The notes under the pieces are model-generated. The model was not told the origin of the DNA, ran no database searches, and saw nothing but the letters and a program-made list of their open reading frames with translations. Shown here piece after piece: positions 1 to 12,755 of a stretch of DNA of 64,000 bases. The position numbers were made by a program, and so were the translations under genes. The number at the start of each line of letters is the position of its first letter. Position 1 is the stretch's first letter. Source of the DNA: Botryllus schlosseri (Eukaryota); the NCBI GenBank assembly GCA_051294905.1, contig CM119371.1, positions 29,266,001 to 29,330,000 on the forward strand. The letters are read 5' to 3'.

Positions 1-984
1 ACAAGATATGGCTCTTTGTCAAATATTTATTTTTGTACTTAATCGATCAATATTGCAGCGACTTGTTGGTAAATTTTCATCACGGCTGGAATAATTATTC
101 TCGTGACAGTATAAACATGTCTTTGAGAGATAAAAACAATAATGCCGCCGTCATGTTTAGGGGCTTAGTCCCCCTCTTTTCAAAATCATAAAATTTAAGT
201 TACTGTCACGCCGGCGGTCAATACCACTCGCGAATTCTATGCACTCGACTCGAAATCTTGAATTGTGCGACACGTTGATTAATCAAAGAGGATAGCAGAC
301 ATGGTGACGCCCATTTCAGAACGCAGTTTTGTCTTTGTCTTTTGTCCCATTGTCTTCCTGATCTACGGCGCGAAATGAACTGCCGCGGACGTGACATACA
401 CAATTACAAACAACGCCATAGCTATCCACGTTCTTGATTAGTAAGTAGCTCTGTGGTATCGGCGATAAAATGTATGCGTGCAGCGCAACCTTGACAATTG
501 AGAAGTCGATAAGTATTTAAATTTTCGGAATCAGGATGACAGTTACATTCGATTAATATCAGTTATAATAAATTGTAAGCTACTTACGATGAATTGCGTT
601 ATCAATGGTGAGACTTGGCGCGTCTGTGCCTTACCGCTCATTCGAGCTTTATTTTCTTACAATGCATACCCGTTTTTACAGAAAAAATGTGACGCACACG
701 AGGAATCCCATTTAGTGAGTTCGAATTACTGCTACCATGACGTGTAGAACTTTCAATTGTGACGTAACAGTTGATTAGCAGGTATGTCTCTTTGGGAGTT
801 GAGATGGAAAAAATAGGGCCAATATGGCTCTTCGGACAAAAAAGGTTCCCGACCACTGGTATACGTCGACTATTTTGGCTGCAAATCGTCCGTAAGCTCA
901 TACTGCATGTTTTTCGGACGTATCTACATAATTTTTTTCAGGGCATTTGCTTAAAACACTGTTTAAAACATGTTTTAAACAAAG

Positions 985-1430
985 TGTTTTAAATGCAACC
1001 TTACCCCATTGTATGGTATTGATGAGTAGCTGCGCTGGATAGGCAGAGATAAGATAGGTTGATGAGTCGTTATGATTATCTCTCCATGTGTGTGTGACAG
1101 TGTTATCAGTTTCGAAAGCCTGTACCTATCAGATGATATCCGCTCCTCGCTATCGCGCTTCCTCCGTATCACCAAGTCTGAAAGTCTCTTGTATTCGTTC
1201 CATGATCTATTGTGATAAACTGGTGCTGTGGAAAACTGCAGACAGGGGATATGAAGACTTTGATCTGATCACAAGAATCATGCCGACATTGACCGTCCTA
1301 CAAATTGTCCAGGGGCAAGTCTATATTGCAATGTTGTGAATCTATTTGCGAAGTAACGATAAACCTCTAATGAAACATGAGTAGTCGAAGTCGCCGTTTG
1401 ATGTCAGTATGCGGATCCTGGATCGTCAAA
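985..1430. repeat. About 440 bp segment duplicated at 23401-23845, starting at a hAT-MITE right end
   Basis: Both copies read ttttaaa..gcaac.tta ccccattgta.ggtattgatgagtagc ... gatctgatcacaagaatcatg ... cggatcctggatcgtcaa and align by eye. Confidence 0.85.
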
Positions 1431-2406
1431 ATTTCCAAATCGGTTGGTTACTAAATTCAATACGTCCACTACTGCAAACCTCAGTCGAAATTATAAAAAT
1501 CGTTGCTAAAGTCACAATTGAAAAAAATCGATGCGAAATTGCATGGAAACACACGAGATAATGCGAGCTTTGTCATATTTAATTTCGAGGATTGAAGAAA
1601 ATAATCTCTACCATAACTATGCTTTTTTTGTCCACGCTGAAATACCGATTAATTCTGCAAAAGCTTCCAGTTTCAGCTGGGGATCTAATTTAAATCGGGC
1701 TGATATAAATCAGTGCGATTTTATTCAGGTTTTTACCCTTGATTTTCGATTTCAATTCCACCGGGCTAATTTTATTGATTATTTTGCTGCTGGTTTTTCT
1801 GGAGATGTGGGAATGTGGTTTCTTATTGAACTACCAAGTGTATTTTACATTGTACATACATCAGAAATAGTTTTTCGAATCCAGAAACCACTCCAGAGAT
1901 CATTAATGATAGTCGTGATATCCTAGTCAGCCAGCGTTATTGATGATTCCGACTTGACTCAATATTTGGGCTGATCGAAATCGAGTACCCGAGGGATTCG
2001 ATTCTAAATCGATTATTAGGCTTCGAATCAAGTATTCGAGTATCAAACATTATTGACATATGACATCACAACTGTATACTTAACATGAAAAATTCAAGCA
2101 TATATAGTCCTATATTGTACACTTTATGCGACCGCAAATATAATGACAGTTTTACACGCTTACTTGGACTCGGACTTGACTTTGTTGTGAATTGAAAATG
2201 ACTCAACTTGAGTTAAGTCGACACGGTAAAAGTGAGATTGATTTTAACTCGAAACCTTGTGACCTGGTTACACAACTGCCCCAGCGCTACTCAACAAATT
2301 TCGAAACGGATTATTGGCAGTGAGGTTGAACATTTTCAACTACGGAAATGGTGACTCCCAGCCGCGCGTTATTGAGTTGATGCGATGCGCTGCATTACCT
2401 TGATTG

Positions 2407-2918
2407 CAGAGATGAGCGGATTTGAAATTTCCATATCCTGATCAAATCGAAATCCGAAGCTTCAAATCCTAATCCTAATCCTAATCTGATTCAAACGTAG
2501 AATTCATATCAAAAGCCTGCGTCTTATGCCTATAATTCTGTAGAAATAAATAAAACGCTAAATGCGTGTAAATCCTAATCCTAATCGTATCCAGAAATTT
2601 GTATATTCCAATCCTAATCGTAATCCCATTCAAAATTAGAATTCCACTAAAAAAGCCTACGTCTTACGCCAATAATTCAATAGAAAGAAATAACACGCGA
2701 AATGAGTGCCAAAGTACATGAAGTAACTTTGGTAGGACATAAAACTTTGTCGCCCTTCGCCACAGGACATCAATCTCCCCGAAAATCTGTAAATCCAATC
2801 CTAATCCTAATCCAGTGAAGAAAAATCCCAGATCGTATTCCAATCTAAATCCGTCAACATTTCACAAACCCGAGTTTCCCAAATGCTAATCCTAATCCAT
2901 GCTCAATGCTCATCTCTG
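2407..2918. mobile_element. hAT-type MITE with internal (AATCCT)n repeats
   Basis: TIRs cagagatgagc / gctcatctctg; 8-bp TSD cttgattg / tttgattg. Confidence 0.8.
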
Positions 2919-3006
2919 TTTGATTGACATGATGGTCGTCATTCATCCCATGCTCGCGATTTGAATTAATGATTTCTGACGTCAAAGGTCCAAGTATCCT
3001 CAGCGC

Positions 3007-3085
3007 GGCCTCGTGGCCTAATGGATAAGGCGTCTGACTTCGAATCAGAAGGTTGGGGGTTCGAGTCCCTTCGCCTTCGGGGTCA
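3007..3085 (+). pseudogene. tRNA-Arg(TCG) pseudogene
   Basis: Same body as 3809-3881 with a 6-nt CCTTCG duplication at the T/acceptor stem junction and variable-loop/T-stem changes; T-run downstream. Confidence 0.8.
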
Positions 3086-3808
3086 CACTTTTTAGTTTAA
3101 CCAGAATAAACACGAGCCTGGATGCGTTATCATTCAGAAACATACCATCAATGTTGAGTGCTGGTTAAGTTACGTTACGTTACTGTCACGCAAGTAGAGC
3201 CTCCTACAAACATCCGTCTAGCAAACCAATTCGAACGTTAGTTGAGGAGTTCTGGTTTACACCTATACGCCTGTAGGTTTACGTGGCATATTGTATAAGT
3301 CATCGAAGTGAGGATTGCAGTCCTTTCGGGTTCATCATTGAAAGTTTAACCCGAAAACACTTGGCTGTGTTCATCATACTCGTAAGCATGTCACGAAGTT
3401 CGAGCTCGTGAAATAGCTTGGGATACGCAGAGCCACTCGCACCTACGCAACTGTATCTTGTCTGACAGTAAAGTTCGGCGATCATATATCATAAATAATC
3501 GTGATAACTTTTCCATGTAATCCTATTTCAGTTAATACAGAGGTTCTCAACCTTTTTTGACATGCGCCCCCCTTGGCGATGGTCAAAAATTTTGACATGC
3601 GCCCCCTTGACCCCCCCCCCCGCACTTATCGTCATGTCAAAAAGAGCACATGGTATATTAGTATATTAGCATAGTATACATGTGGTATATCTTACGTCAA
3701 GTTTGAATCCGCATTCCAGGTGTTGAGTGGTTTACATTTCTGACAAATTCCCCCAAACTTGTTTGAAAATAACAAAAAAAACATCAAAGGTCCGAGTATC
3801 TTCAGCGC

Positions 3809-3881
3809 GGCCTCGTGGCCTAATGGATAAGGCGTCTGACTTCGAATCAGAAGATTGAGGGTTCGAGTCCCTTCGGGGTCA
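3809..3881 (+). tRNA. tRNA-Arg(TCG)
   Basis: 73-nt cloverleaf GGCCTCG...TCTGA CT TCG AA TCAGA...GGTTCGAGTCC...CGGGGTCA; A/B boxes intact; TTTT follows. Confidence 0.95.
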
Positions 3882-4386
3882 AACTTTTAGTTTAAACGAA
3901 ATAAACACGAACGTCAATGCGTCATCTTTCAAAAACCGACCATAAATGTTGAGTGGCGATTAAGTTTCTGTAACTTCACGCACGTAGAGTGTCCCACAAT
4001 CATACGCCCAGCACACCAATTCAAACGTTAAAGTTCAGAAGTTTTGATTTACACCTGTAGGCAGGGCATGGTATGGTATGGAATGGAATGGGAATCTTCC
4101 ATACTCCATTCCCGCCCAATCTTTCCATACCATACTTGACAATTTTCCATTCTTCCGTACCATATTTGATACTTTCTACATACTTTCGCAACTTGCTTAA
4201 CCTCTTAAGTGATATTCCATTTTTGATAAGTGGAAATGTTGCGGCGTGTTCATTCTAATTATTTTGTATGAGATTTTCCATTTAAACAGCCCTGATCCAC
4301 CAATGATATCCCAGTTTCTTCACATCATATGTCGTCAGCAATGTATGTTGCCTAATCATCTAAAACGGAACGTATAATATATAGGC

Positions 4387-5695
4387 CAGGGGTCACCAAC
4401 ACGCGGCCCGCGAGGTCGTATTTTCCGGCCCGCGACCGGATTTGGAAAAATTTCGGAAGAACGCTGAGTGAAGCATTTTGAAATGCTGAAATTGATATTT
4501 TTGTTGTTGTTCAAAGTAAGCCATTCTACTGTGCTCAATATCACTATTCCTCTTTAGCTGATACGGCTTCGACATGGTAATATCATTTCACGGAGGAAGA
4601 ATTTTCTGGTATGAATGGGCAAATTGCCTTGAAGTGCAATGGTCCACCACTGCCAAGACCTACACCCTTGAAAAACGGCTTCGGGCTCTCCAAAAGACCA
4701 TGCTTTACGAGGAGATAGTTTTCCAGCAAGTAGACTACCGTGTCTAGCTAACCCCAATATCGATTCTTTAATCCAGGGGTTGCCAATCTGCGACAGTGAA
4801 AGGAAAATTATGCGGCTGTCGACACCTAATTCAATTAGGATGTGTTGGCGGCCGTCAATATGCAAATTGAATTTACGAATTGACTCTCGACAAATCTGAT
4901 GGGAGGTCAAGAAATAACTGCATGCAACAGAGGGTGACCCAACCAAAGATGCAGCACAGCATCAAGTTAACTTAAGTTAACTTCATTAAGTTTTCGAAAA
5001 CAACCCTTGCATCAACTCTACCGGTGAATTTAATCACATTGGCTGAAAAGGGATAATTATTTTAAACTGATATATGAAACTATACTAACATTTAATGACG
5101 AAATTCACTCATGAACCTGAAAAATTTTTCGCGCTTCGCGTGACTACAGGTCGGGTCAATGTGACTCTTTTTATTATGACGATTTCGGTGCGCTCAGTTA
5201 GCCGATATGCGTAAATGTATTAGTCCTGAGTGTACCGGCGATGGACATGGACAGTCTAACGTGGGTATTTGCCATTTGGCCCCGGTTAGTTCATTACGAC
5301 TATGCACCAGAATGCGGCCGCAGGCTATATGAGTAATTGAAATGCGGCCGTGAATATCAAATAGGTTGGCTACCCCCTGTTTTAGCTGCGCTACAGAGTT
5401 TTGTCAGGTATCGTGAACAGCTCATAGTTCAAAATATAATGAAATGGATGATCTTCATATTCTTTGTTGGGTTTGTGTTTGTTCAATAAAATATTATTTC
5501 TTTTGTGGTGACTATGCCCGTCGCCCATGTTAGAGAGCACATCATTGTAATAACGTAGAGCTATCAGACGTGGTTGTTAAACTGCGTAGCCTACTTTAAT
5601 CTCGATATTGATGTCATACGGCCCGCGGCCTCTAGGAATTTTGAAAAGTGGCCCGCGACCGCGCCCGCGACCGCATTTTGAGTTGGTGACCCCTG
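4387..5695. mobile_element. Nested hAT/Charlie-like MITE
   Basis: TIRs caggggtcaccaac / gttggtgacccctg; perfect 8-bp TSD atataggc. Confidence 0.9.
4774..5379. mobile_element. Innermost nested hAT-like MITE
   Basis: Ends caggggttgccaa / ttggctaccccctg; TSD degenerate. Confidence 0.55.
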
Positions 5696-5836
5696 ATATA
5701 GGCCTACACACGGGATTATTTGGAAATCACAACATAATCTCGTGACATGTAAATCTCGTGTGGTAATGGACTGCTAGCACCCTAGCAGTACAGCATCTAC
5801 AAAATCACATAAACCAAAGTTATTGAGAAATTAGAA

Positions 5837-6600
5837 GATTGGTTCCCAACCCTTTTTCTTTATTCCCCACAACCTGAAATCGATATTTCCACTCTTCAAA
5901 ATTGGTCCCTCCAAAAAAATTTAGTAAGACTTTGTTTTGTAAAGACTTGCTAATTGTGAAAGTTAAAACCCCCAGAATTGAACAGCACGCAATGAAATGA
6001 ATGAGCAGTGAACTGGTAACCGTAAACGCAATGTCGCGCCTCCGTCAGATGTATATGCCCGTCGACAGAAAAACAAGAAGGGTTTGACATATTTCCAAAT
6101 GTAGCGAGGTAGCATCAATTTATCTGTGTAAATGCCAAACAATGCATGGACCAGATAAACTTCCTGCTGTTAGATATAAGCCGCCATAAGCTACACTTTC
6201 GTACGCTATATTCATAACTCGAAACGAAATATGTCATTTCATCTGTATCGAGTCCGGCTATGCTATCAATTAGCGAGTCCGCGATCTCACTGAATACATA
6301 TTCACCTACATATGAACTTTTATTATAACAAATCAGATGATTTCAATCACACCAATTCGCAAACGACTGAATAACAACTTATATGCGGGAGATCGCGTGC
6401 CGCTGTTCAGTCGATTCTCGCTAATTGAGGCACTGATAATAGATTGTTGAATTGCAAATGAGCTAATAGGCCTGAATATTAGAGATACGATCGGCATTTC
6501 ATACAGACGTTTAATAAACGAGGTTAATATTGAGATTTTTCAAGAGTGAGTCTATACCCGACCGGAAACCCCTGAATTACCCACCAGTTCGAAACCACTG
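5837..6600. mobile_element. Nested hAT-like MITE
   Basis: Ends gattggttcccaac / gaaaccactg; TSD aattagaa / cattagaa. Confidence 0.7.
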
Positions 6601-7742
6601 CATTAGAATATATCTTGGAATATAAATTTACATCAGTACAATGATTTTGGTACAGCGGATCACATGTCCATTTTCCCGCCATCCTGTGGGCCACACATTA
6701 GATTCATCAGCCAGGATCAGGGTGTCTATTCTTTTATCAGAGATAACCACATTTCATGAAGTTTAATGCGTGTTGAAGGCCGGTATATCGTAACGTCGCT
6801 CCAAGACAAGCTGCATATTTTTGAATTACAATGATGGCTATGTCAAATAGATATTGCGTTATGATAAACCTACTAAAGTGCAGAAAATTATTTCCAAGTT
6901 CAACAAATTGATATAAATATTCACGTAACTTAAAACTCCCTTGGTAGTTTACAGAGTGGAAGTTACGATAAGAGAAATTCTAGTTGTAACGCTACAGTGG
7001 TCGAATATCGTTCGTTTTTATGATATTTAGATTTTATTTTATTTGAATATTCATTATTAATATTATTTCCCTTCATATGCGCGTAGCGCTACTTTGTTGT
7101 CTTCAAATAGAGGTCGACCGGGATGGGTGAGTGATAAATCGCAATTTGACATATGAACATATACAGTGGGAGATTTTCTGAGATATGCAATAAATTTAAC
7201 AAATCGAAATTGGGGTCATTGTCACGATTCTGGCACAACGGTCAAAGTATGCAAAAGGTATGGAAGTATATGGGAAAAACATTCCATACCACACTTGGGA
7301 ACTTTCCATACCATATCATGCTTGCACTCTTCCATATTTCATACCGAGATTTCGTTCCATACCATACCATACTTCCATACCATAGCATACCACGCCTTGC
7401 CTGTAGGGTCGGGTGGCATAATGTATAAGTCTTCGAAGTGAGGATTGCACTCCTTTTGGGTTCATCATTGACAGTTTAACCCGAAAACACACGGCAATGT
7501 TCATCATACCCGCAAGCATGTCATGAAGTTAGAGCTCATTAAATGGCTTGGGATACGCGCACGCGTCACGCGCACCTACGCAATTGTGTCTGATATGACA
7601 GTAAAGTTAGGCAATCATATATCAGAAATAATCATGTGATCGTATTCCGGTTAATACGTCATTTTTCCGTAATGGTCATCAAAATCCTAATCGCAATTGA
7701 TTACACTGAAAACCTATTCGCACAAGTCCTTGTTCAACGCGC

Positions 7743-7815
7743 GGCCTCGTGGCCCAATGGATAAGGCGTCTGACTACGAATCAGAAGATTGAGGGTTCGA
7801 GTCCCTTCGAGGTCA
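7743..7815 (+). tRNA. tRNA-Arg(ACG)
   Basis: 73-nt cloverleaf with TCTGA CT ACG AA TCAGA anticodon arm; A/B boxes intact; T-run follows. Confidence 0.95.
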
Positions 7816-9257
7816 TGGTTTTAGTTTTCCCTGTAACTGCGTACAAGCATCAATTTGTTATTTCAAACAGCAGGTCTCAAATTTCGGACCCACAATGCGG
7901 GTTGGACTAGGTAGCTTCACTCCTTTATACGGCAATGCAATCAATTCTGAAGACAAACGTTTTAGGTTCTGATACGCACCGCGAGACCTAAATGAACAAC
8001 GCGTCCGACGTCCAGTACAGAGGTAGCGAGTTTGAGTTCCTTCCGGTCAAATTCTTTAGTTTCTATCCAAAAAGCGCTATCTACAATCATCATCATTGGT
8101 TTATTAGCAATTTTTATCAGTTCCATACACCACAAAAATGCAATGCGATGAAAAAACAGTAAGATGTCGTGCGACTTGGAGTAGTCTATGGAATCGGACA
8201 CCCACCTTGGCCTAGGCGATGTAAAGAGGAGGCATGCATACATACTGAATGAAAAGTAAAGAAGATAGTATAGAAAAAGAAAGCGACAAGACATAGGGCG
8301 GCGTGTCATGGGAAGCGAGATCGATAGGCCAGTCGTGGTCCGGTAATCTTGAGGATGTACTGTATTTATCTATAGTAATAATTGCTGGTATTTCGACTTG
8401 ACTATGGACATGCTCGTCGACTGTCGGATGGCCGGCATATGTTCCACACATCAGGTCCGGCATATTTGATAGATGATCTTTTCGGTCGACCATATGATAT
8501 TTGGACGACGTGGACGCGCGTGTTATGCTCCACGTACTGCAATATCCTAACTGAAGCAAGTCTGCGTGGGCAACGGACATTGGTTTTTATATCAACAAGC
8601 GCATGATGAAAAATTGCGATGTAAACAACATTGTGAGAATGAAGCATCACGGTGTGTCACCAGCCGTGTACTTTACACACAACTTCATATTTAGTTAAAA
8701 TAAAGTTTTTTCATGTAAAAATTTGTCCGATTTTTTGAGTTTAAAAAGTTAGTTCGGGCCTAACTACTTCGTAATGACATACAGTTCCAAACCGAAATGA
8801 AGATAAGTAGTAGAATTCTACGATTTTGTCGGAAAACATCTAATTTACATACGTGAGGTAAAAACTAAGATTGTTTGTGTAAAAAACGTCTAAAATTTTG
8901 ATTTTTTAGGTCAAAATCTTTCGACTTTTAAGTCAAAAAACTAGCCCTACCAATTAAACTCCGAGTTGAGTAATAATTCGAAGATATCAGATCCTGGTTC
9001 GATCCGGAACTCGAAACCGTGATAAAACTGTGCCGCATATACGTGATCAAAATATCCACGGTGGGTACTATGTTTATTCAAATCCATATTGACATATAAC
9101 AGGAAAAAATTACATAAATGGTTTCAAACTGCATGCATGTAGTAAACGAAAGGCCGCATTTCCCAGAATGCATATAGTTAAAATATCTCGTCACCGAGCT
9201 AGAGGGATGTAGAGTTTCGAGGTTTCCTCATTTCGAATCTTCTTTAATCCTTATTCA

Positions 9258-9348
9258 TCAGTCATCGTTATCGAAGATGTCATCTGGAGGTAGTAGGGGA
9301 ATCGGTTGTCGGGGGTCGAATCCGTACTTCCTGCTAAGTGCGTCCCCG
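9258..9348 (-). CDS. Terminal exon of the cyclin T-like / low-complexity gene model
   Basis: ttctag acceptor, phase 2 matches the previous exon; GDALSRKYGFDPRQPIPLLPPDDIFDNDD*. Confidence 0.55.
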
Positions 9349-9819
9349 CTAGAAGAAAGTGGCAAATCTAAACATTGAGTTCTTGGTACAGAGCAAACCC
9401 ATTGAAATGAAATTGCTTCATGGATTGCGGATAAACTACGAACAAACAGGAATATCAGTACAAGGAGAGAAAGACTTATCTATATCGTTGCAGTGGTATC
9501 AAAGTTGCTTATGTCCAGTTTTAAAACTTGAAAAATATCAAGTTTTTGAGATTTTTTCAATTTTTTTCGGTCAAATCTTGGCCATTGTTATGTCTGTCTC
9601 ATTGTTTCAAAGTTAGTCGGGGCCATTATATGGCTGAAAGAAGATTGAAACTTCACGTTAAGTTAATTTTTAATTTTCTCAAAATGTGTAAAATGGACAT
9701 AAGTTACTTTGATATACGACGCAGTGGCTATGAATAAGCTCTCGCAATATTACGACTCTCGACTAGCCAAAGCCGTGATAATACAACTTTGAACAACGCC
9801 AATATGCGACGATCTGTTG

Positions 9820-10744
9820 CAGTGTTGGAATCAAGTCACTACCTTACCTTCGAGTCACGAATCATCTCGAGTCATTGCACATTTTAACTCGAGTCAAGAC
9901 CAGTCAATCGATTTTTGCAGACGACTCGAGTCAAGTCGAGTCAAGTCAAGTCAATTCACGAGTCAAGTCTCAATTCAAGTCAGGTTCCTTTTTGCAGTAG
10001 GAGGCATAATTAATTAAGTCAGTGCGTTTTTATAACTGTTTTAAAGTTGCCATTTATTTTGAATAGAGGGACGAATATAGAGTCAAATAAACATGCAAAA
10101 GGCCGCCGTATCGCTGACGCATATGTAGCTAGATATATAGCTTCAGTCTATAGTTACCAGCGTAAATAGAGAATACATTAACGTGAAATCTCAGAAAATG
10201 GAAACGAATTTAATGATGCAGTGCACTAACCACCTACACATCCCTGAGATACAAGTTATGCCTGCACCGATGGTCGACGAGTAATATAGCCTTATAAGCT
10301 ATATTAAAATTCGATTCAGATCACACGAGATGTTTGTTTCAGGAGGGTAACAACCACAATGAGCAATTGAGCATTCTATAGAACAGAGATAGATACTTTG
10401 CCATTAGATTACTTTACTAGTTTACGCCAACATAAGCCGTGAGCTCCGATCACTTCATTTGTGGTCTATTTATTTGTGATAGAACAAAGGAGACTCAGTA
10501 AAACGCACAATTATCGAGTGATTGCTCACTGTCACAGGTCACAACAGCTTATCGCGAACAATCAGAATATATGCGAGATCAGCCATTTTAATCGACACTT
10601 TTACTTGACGACTTGAAATTGACTCGTATATTTTTCTCTTAGTCACACGTCAATCCATCTTTCAGAAACGCAAAGTCAAGTCATTTTTGCAAAGTGTCTC
10701 GAGTGAAGTCATATAAAAAAGTAACCGGAGTCATCCCAACATTA
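9820..10744. mobile_element. hAT-type MITE with gactcgagtc subterminal repeats
   Basis: Ends cagtgttgg / cccaacatta; TSD atctgttg / acctgttg. Confidence 0.75.
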
Positions 10745-10783
10745 ACCTGTTGACTGTAAGTTGATGTTGCAATAGTTACTAAC

Positions 10784-10920
10784 TTGATTGTTTTAGGTCC
10801 TGATACTTGTGTAAACGGAGTGTTGGTATGTCCGTTCGATGGTATCACTTTCCCCAACATTCCTGTTGATTTTACTTCAGTTCTGAGCTCTGTTGACCTT
10901 TGGGATCTACGCTTTTCCTT
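10784..10920 (-). CDS. Internal 137-nt exon, paralog of 11728-11864
   Basis: ttttag acceptor, AA|gttagt donor; KEKRRSQRSTELRTEVKSTGMLGKVIPSNGHTNTPFTQVSGPKTI. Confidence 0.6.
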
Positions 10921-11052
10921 CTAAAATACAAAAATGGCAATGCATTTCAGTGCATTGCAGTGAAGAGGCAGTATTTAGTAATGATAAATGCAGATATTCT
11001 CGAGCACTGATACAATCGCGAATTAAAAATATTGGTAACCTTCAAGTCTTAC

Positions 11053-11113
11053 CATAACTTTAGCAGAGTGCCGACTGCTGGAGGTCCCATTGTGAAAGCC
11101 ATTGGCTTGAAGC
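11053..11113 (-). CDS. Internal 61-nt exon, paralog of 11974-12034
   Basis: ttccag acceptor, gtaaga donor; phase 2 in, 0 out; LQANGFHNGTSSSRHSAKVM. Confidence 0.6.
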
Positions 11114-11727
11114 CTGGAAATAATTTAACGTTGAAAATCTTGATCAATGAGTCGCTGGTGCACCATAGGGTTGAAGGAAGGGTTTTGATGTCCCCATTCG
11201 CAATTTTACCATGACTCAACTACCAGGAGTAATTCGGTTGAAAATCGGAAATCTAGATTGAACTATAGCTGTACCCTATAATGTCATATGACCTATGGAG
11301 ATATTACATAGGTTTGGATTCGAGGCGACGGTTTCTACGCTTTTTCATTTGGCGTGTACTGCAGAAGGTTGGAGTATATAAGTCACGTAATTCTCCTGAT
11401 TGAAGTAGTCGACGATCAAAACAATCATAGGATCAAAGGCAAAGTAAAACTATATTACCACGGATATTCAATATATAAGCATAGGACATATTAATAATAA
11501 AAGGTGGCCGATGAATCGTTTGTCAATTTCACAAGTAATCACTGAGATCAACGGGATCCGAAGCAATGGACTTATAAGTGATAACGGGGTGTTATATTTA
11601 CTGTAAATTCGTAGCGGGTGCCTGGTCCACGCCTCCAGCATGTCACTGATTAGAAGACCGCGCCGTCATTAGGGAACTCTGAGAACGTGATGTCGCATGT
11701 CTCTGACAGTTACGAAATTTGACATAC

Positions 11728-11864
11728 GGGAGTGTCTGGAATCCTGTTGCTTGTATAGAAGGCGCAGTGACGTGTGTGTTCGTTGGTATCGCTTTTGACA
11801 TCATTCCATTCACTTTTAATTCATCCTTGCGCGCTATAGGCACTTGAGGTCGAGACGTTTTCTT
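11728..11864 (-). CDS. Internal 137-nt exon
   Basis: tttcag acceptor, CC|gtatgt donor; KKTSRPQVPIARKDELKVNGMMSKAIPTNTHVTAPSIQATGFQTL. Confidence 0.6.
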
Positions 11865-11973
11865 CTGAAATACATAGAAAGGAAATTTCAGTACAGAAGC
11901 ACTATACAATGTCGCAATCCATATTGACGGTAGCTGAGAGGATTTTCCATTGAAATCGGCGGATTAGACTTAC

Positions 11974-12034
11974 CTGAAATTTAGCAGTTGGCTGACCGGA
12001 GGCGTTCATATCGAAGATATATCCGCCCAGAATT
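11974..12034 (-). CDS. Internal 61-nt exon
   Basis: cttcag acceptor, CAG|gtaagt donor; ILGGYIFDMNASGQPTAKFQ. Confidence 0.6.
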
Positions 12035-12396
12035 CTGAAGAAGATTTTCAACGCTAAGCAATATTGGTTACGAATGTACCGCTGCTACATATCGTTCACT
12101 TATTGAATCCACAAGGAATATCCTCGGCAAAGCAGAGTACAGACTGTATGATAGATGTTCAACGCCAAAAGCTTTCAAGATCGAGAGGAGAATATGTTGT
12201 GCACATTTTCATATTTTCAAAAAGTTAAACTTCAAAACAATTTTGAGTATATTTTATAATTTTGGAAACTTTTTACGGCAGTCATCTTCCAAGTATATTC
12301 ACGGGCCAATGTCACTCGCCGGTTATACTCTCGTAAGATATTAAACTATAGATATACATCTCCATGCTTGCTTTCGGTTAACATAGGTTTACAAAC

Positions 12397-12490
12397 TTTT
12401 GGTCGGGAGATCTTCGCAATCGCTGACGATGTTCCTGAGCTTCTGACTCGAAGAGCTCCGAAAAATCGTATATTCTTCGTTTTTTCTCAC
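12397..12490 (-). CDS. Putative internal exon
   Basis: Open and phase-consistent (1 in, 2 out) with neighbours; EKKRRIYDFSELFESEAQEHRQRLRRSPDQ; splice sites weak. Confidence 0.45.
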
Positions 12491-12552
12491 CTTGATGTAA
12501 GTTGAGCGACTTAGGTAAATACATACGCCAAATAAGAGGGATAATATCCTAC

Positions 12553-12687
12553 TTGGTGGTTTGGTGCTGGCTGGATTTGAAGCTGATGTCCTGGCCGCTT
12601 CCTGTCTTACTTTTTCGACTTTATCCGTGGCTTCAGCAGCGGGATTCCGCCAACCGTTGACATGATTGGTCTGATGTCTCTCTTCAT
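12553..12687 (-). CDS. Putative internal exon
   Basis: Upstream 68-nt intron has ctaat branch point and gtcag acceptor; DEERHQTNHVNGWRNPAAEATDKVEKVRQEAARTSASNPASTKPP. Confidence 0.55.
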
Positions 12688-12755
12688 CTGACGCATCAAA
12701 TGAAAACGAAATTAGTTTGCGTGTGCTTCGCTATGAATATATCTTAACACCATAC

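Larger units (their letters stand above)
4062..7399. mobile_element. Non-autonomous hAT element (outer element of a nest)
   Basis: TIRs cagggcatggtatggtatgg / ccatagcataccacgccttg; perfect 8-bp TSD cctgtagg; empty site visible in the paralogous flank near 3270. Confidence 0.85.

Noticed and set aside
1531..1926. 131-aa ORF
   Set aside because: AT-rich, no motif and no splice support; likely chance or repeat-derived.
2460..2900. (AATCCT)n as an interstitial telomeric repeat
   Set aside because: Short patches inside a MITE bounded by TIRs and a TSD; not TTAGGG or TTAGG arrays.
8150..8700. GC-richer patch with overlapping ORFs as a gene or transposase
   Set aside because: No recognisable motif or consistent splice structure; left unassigned.
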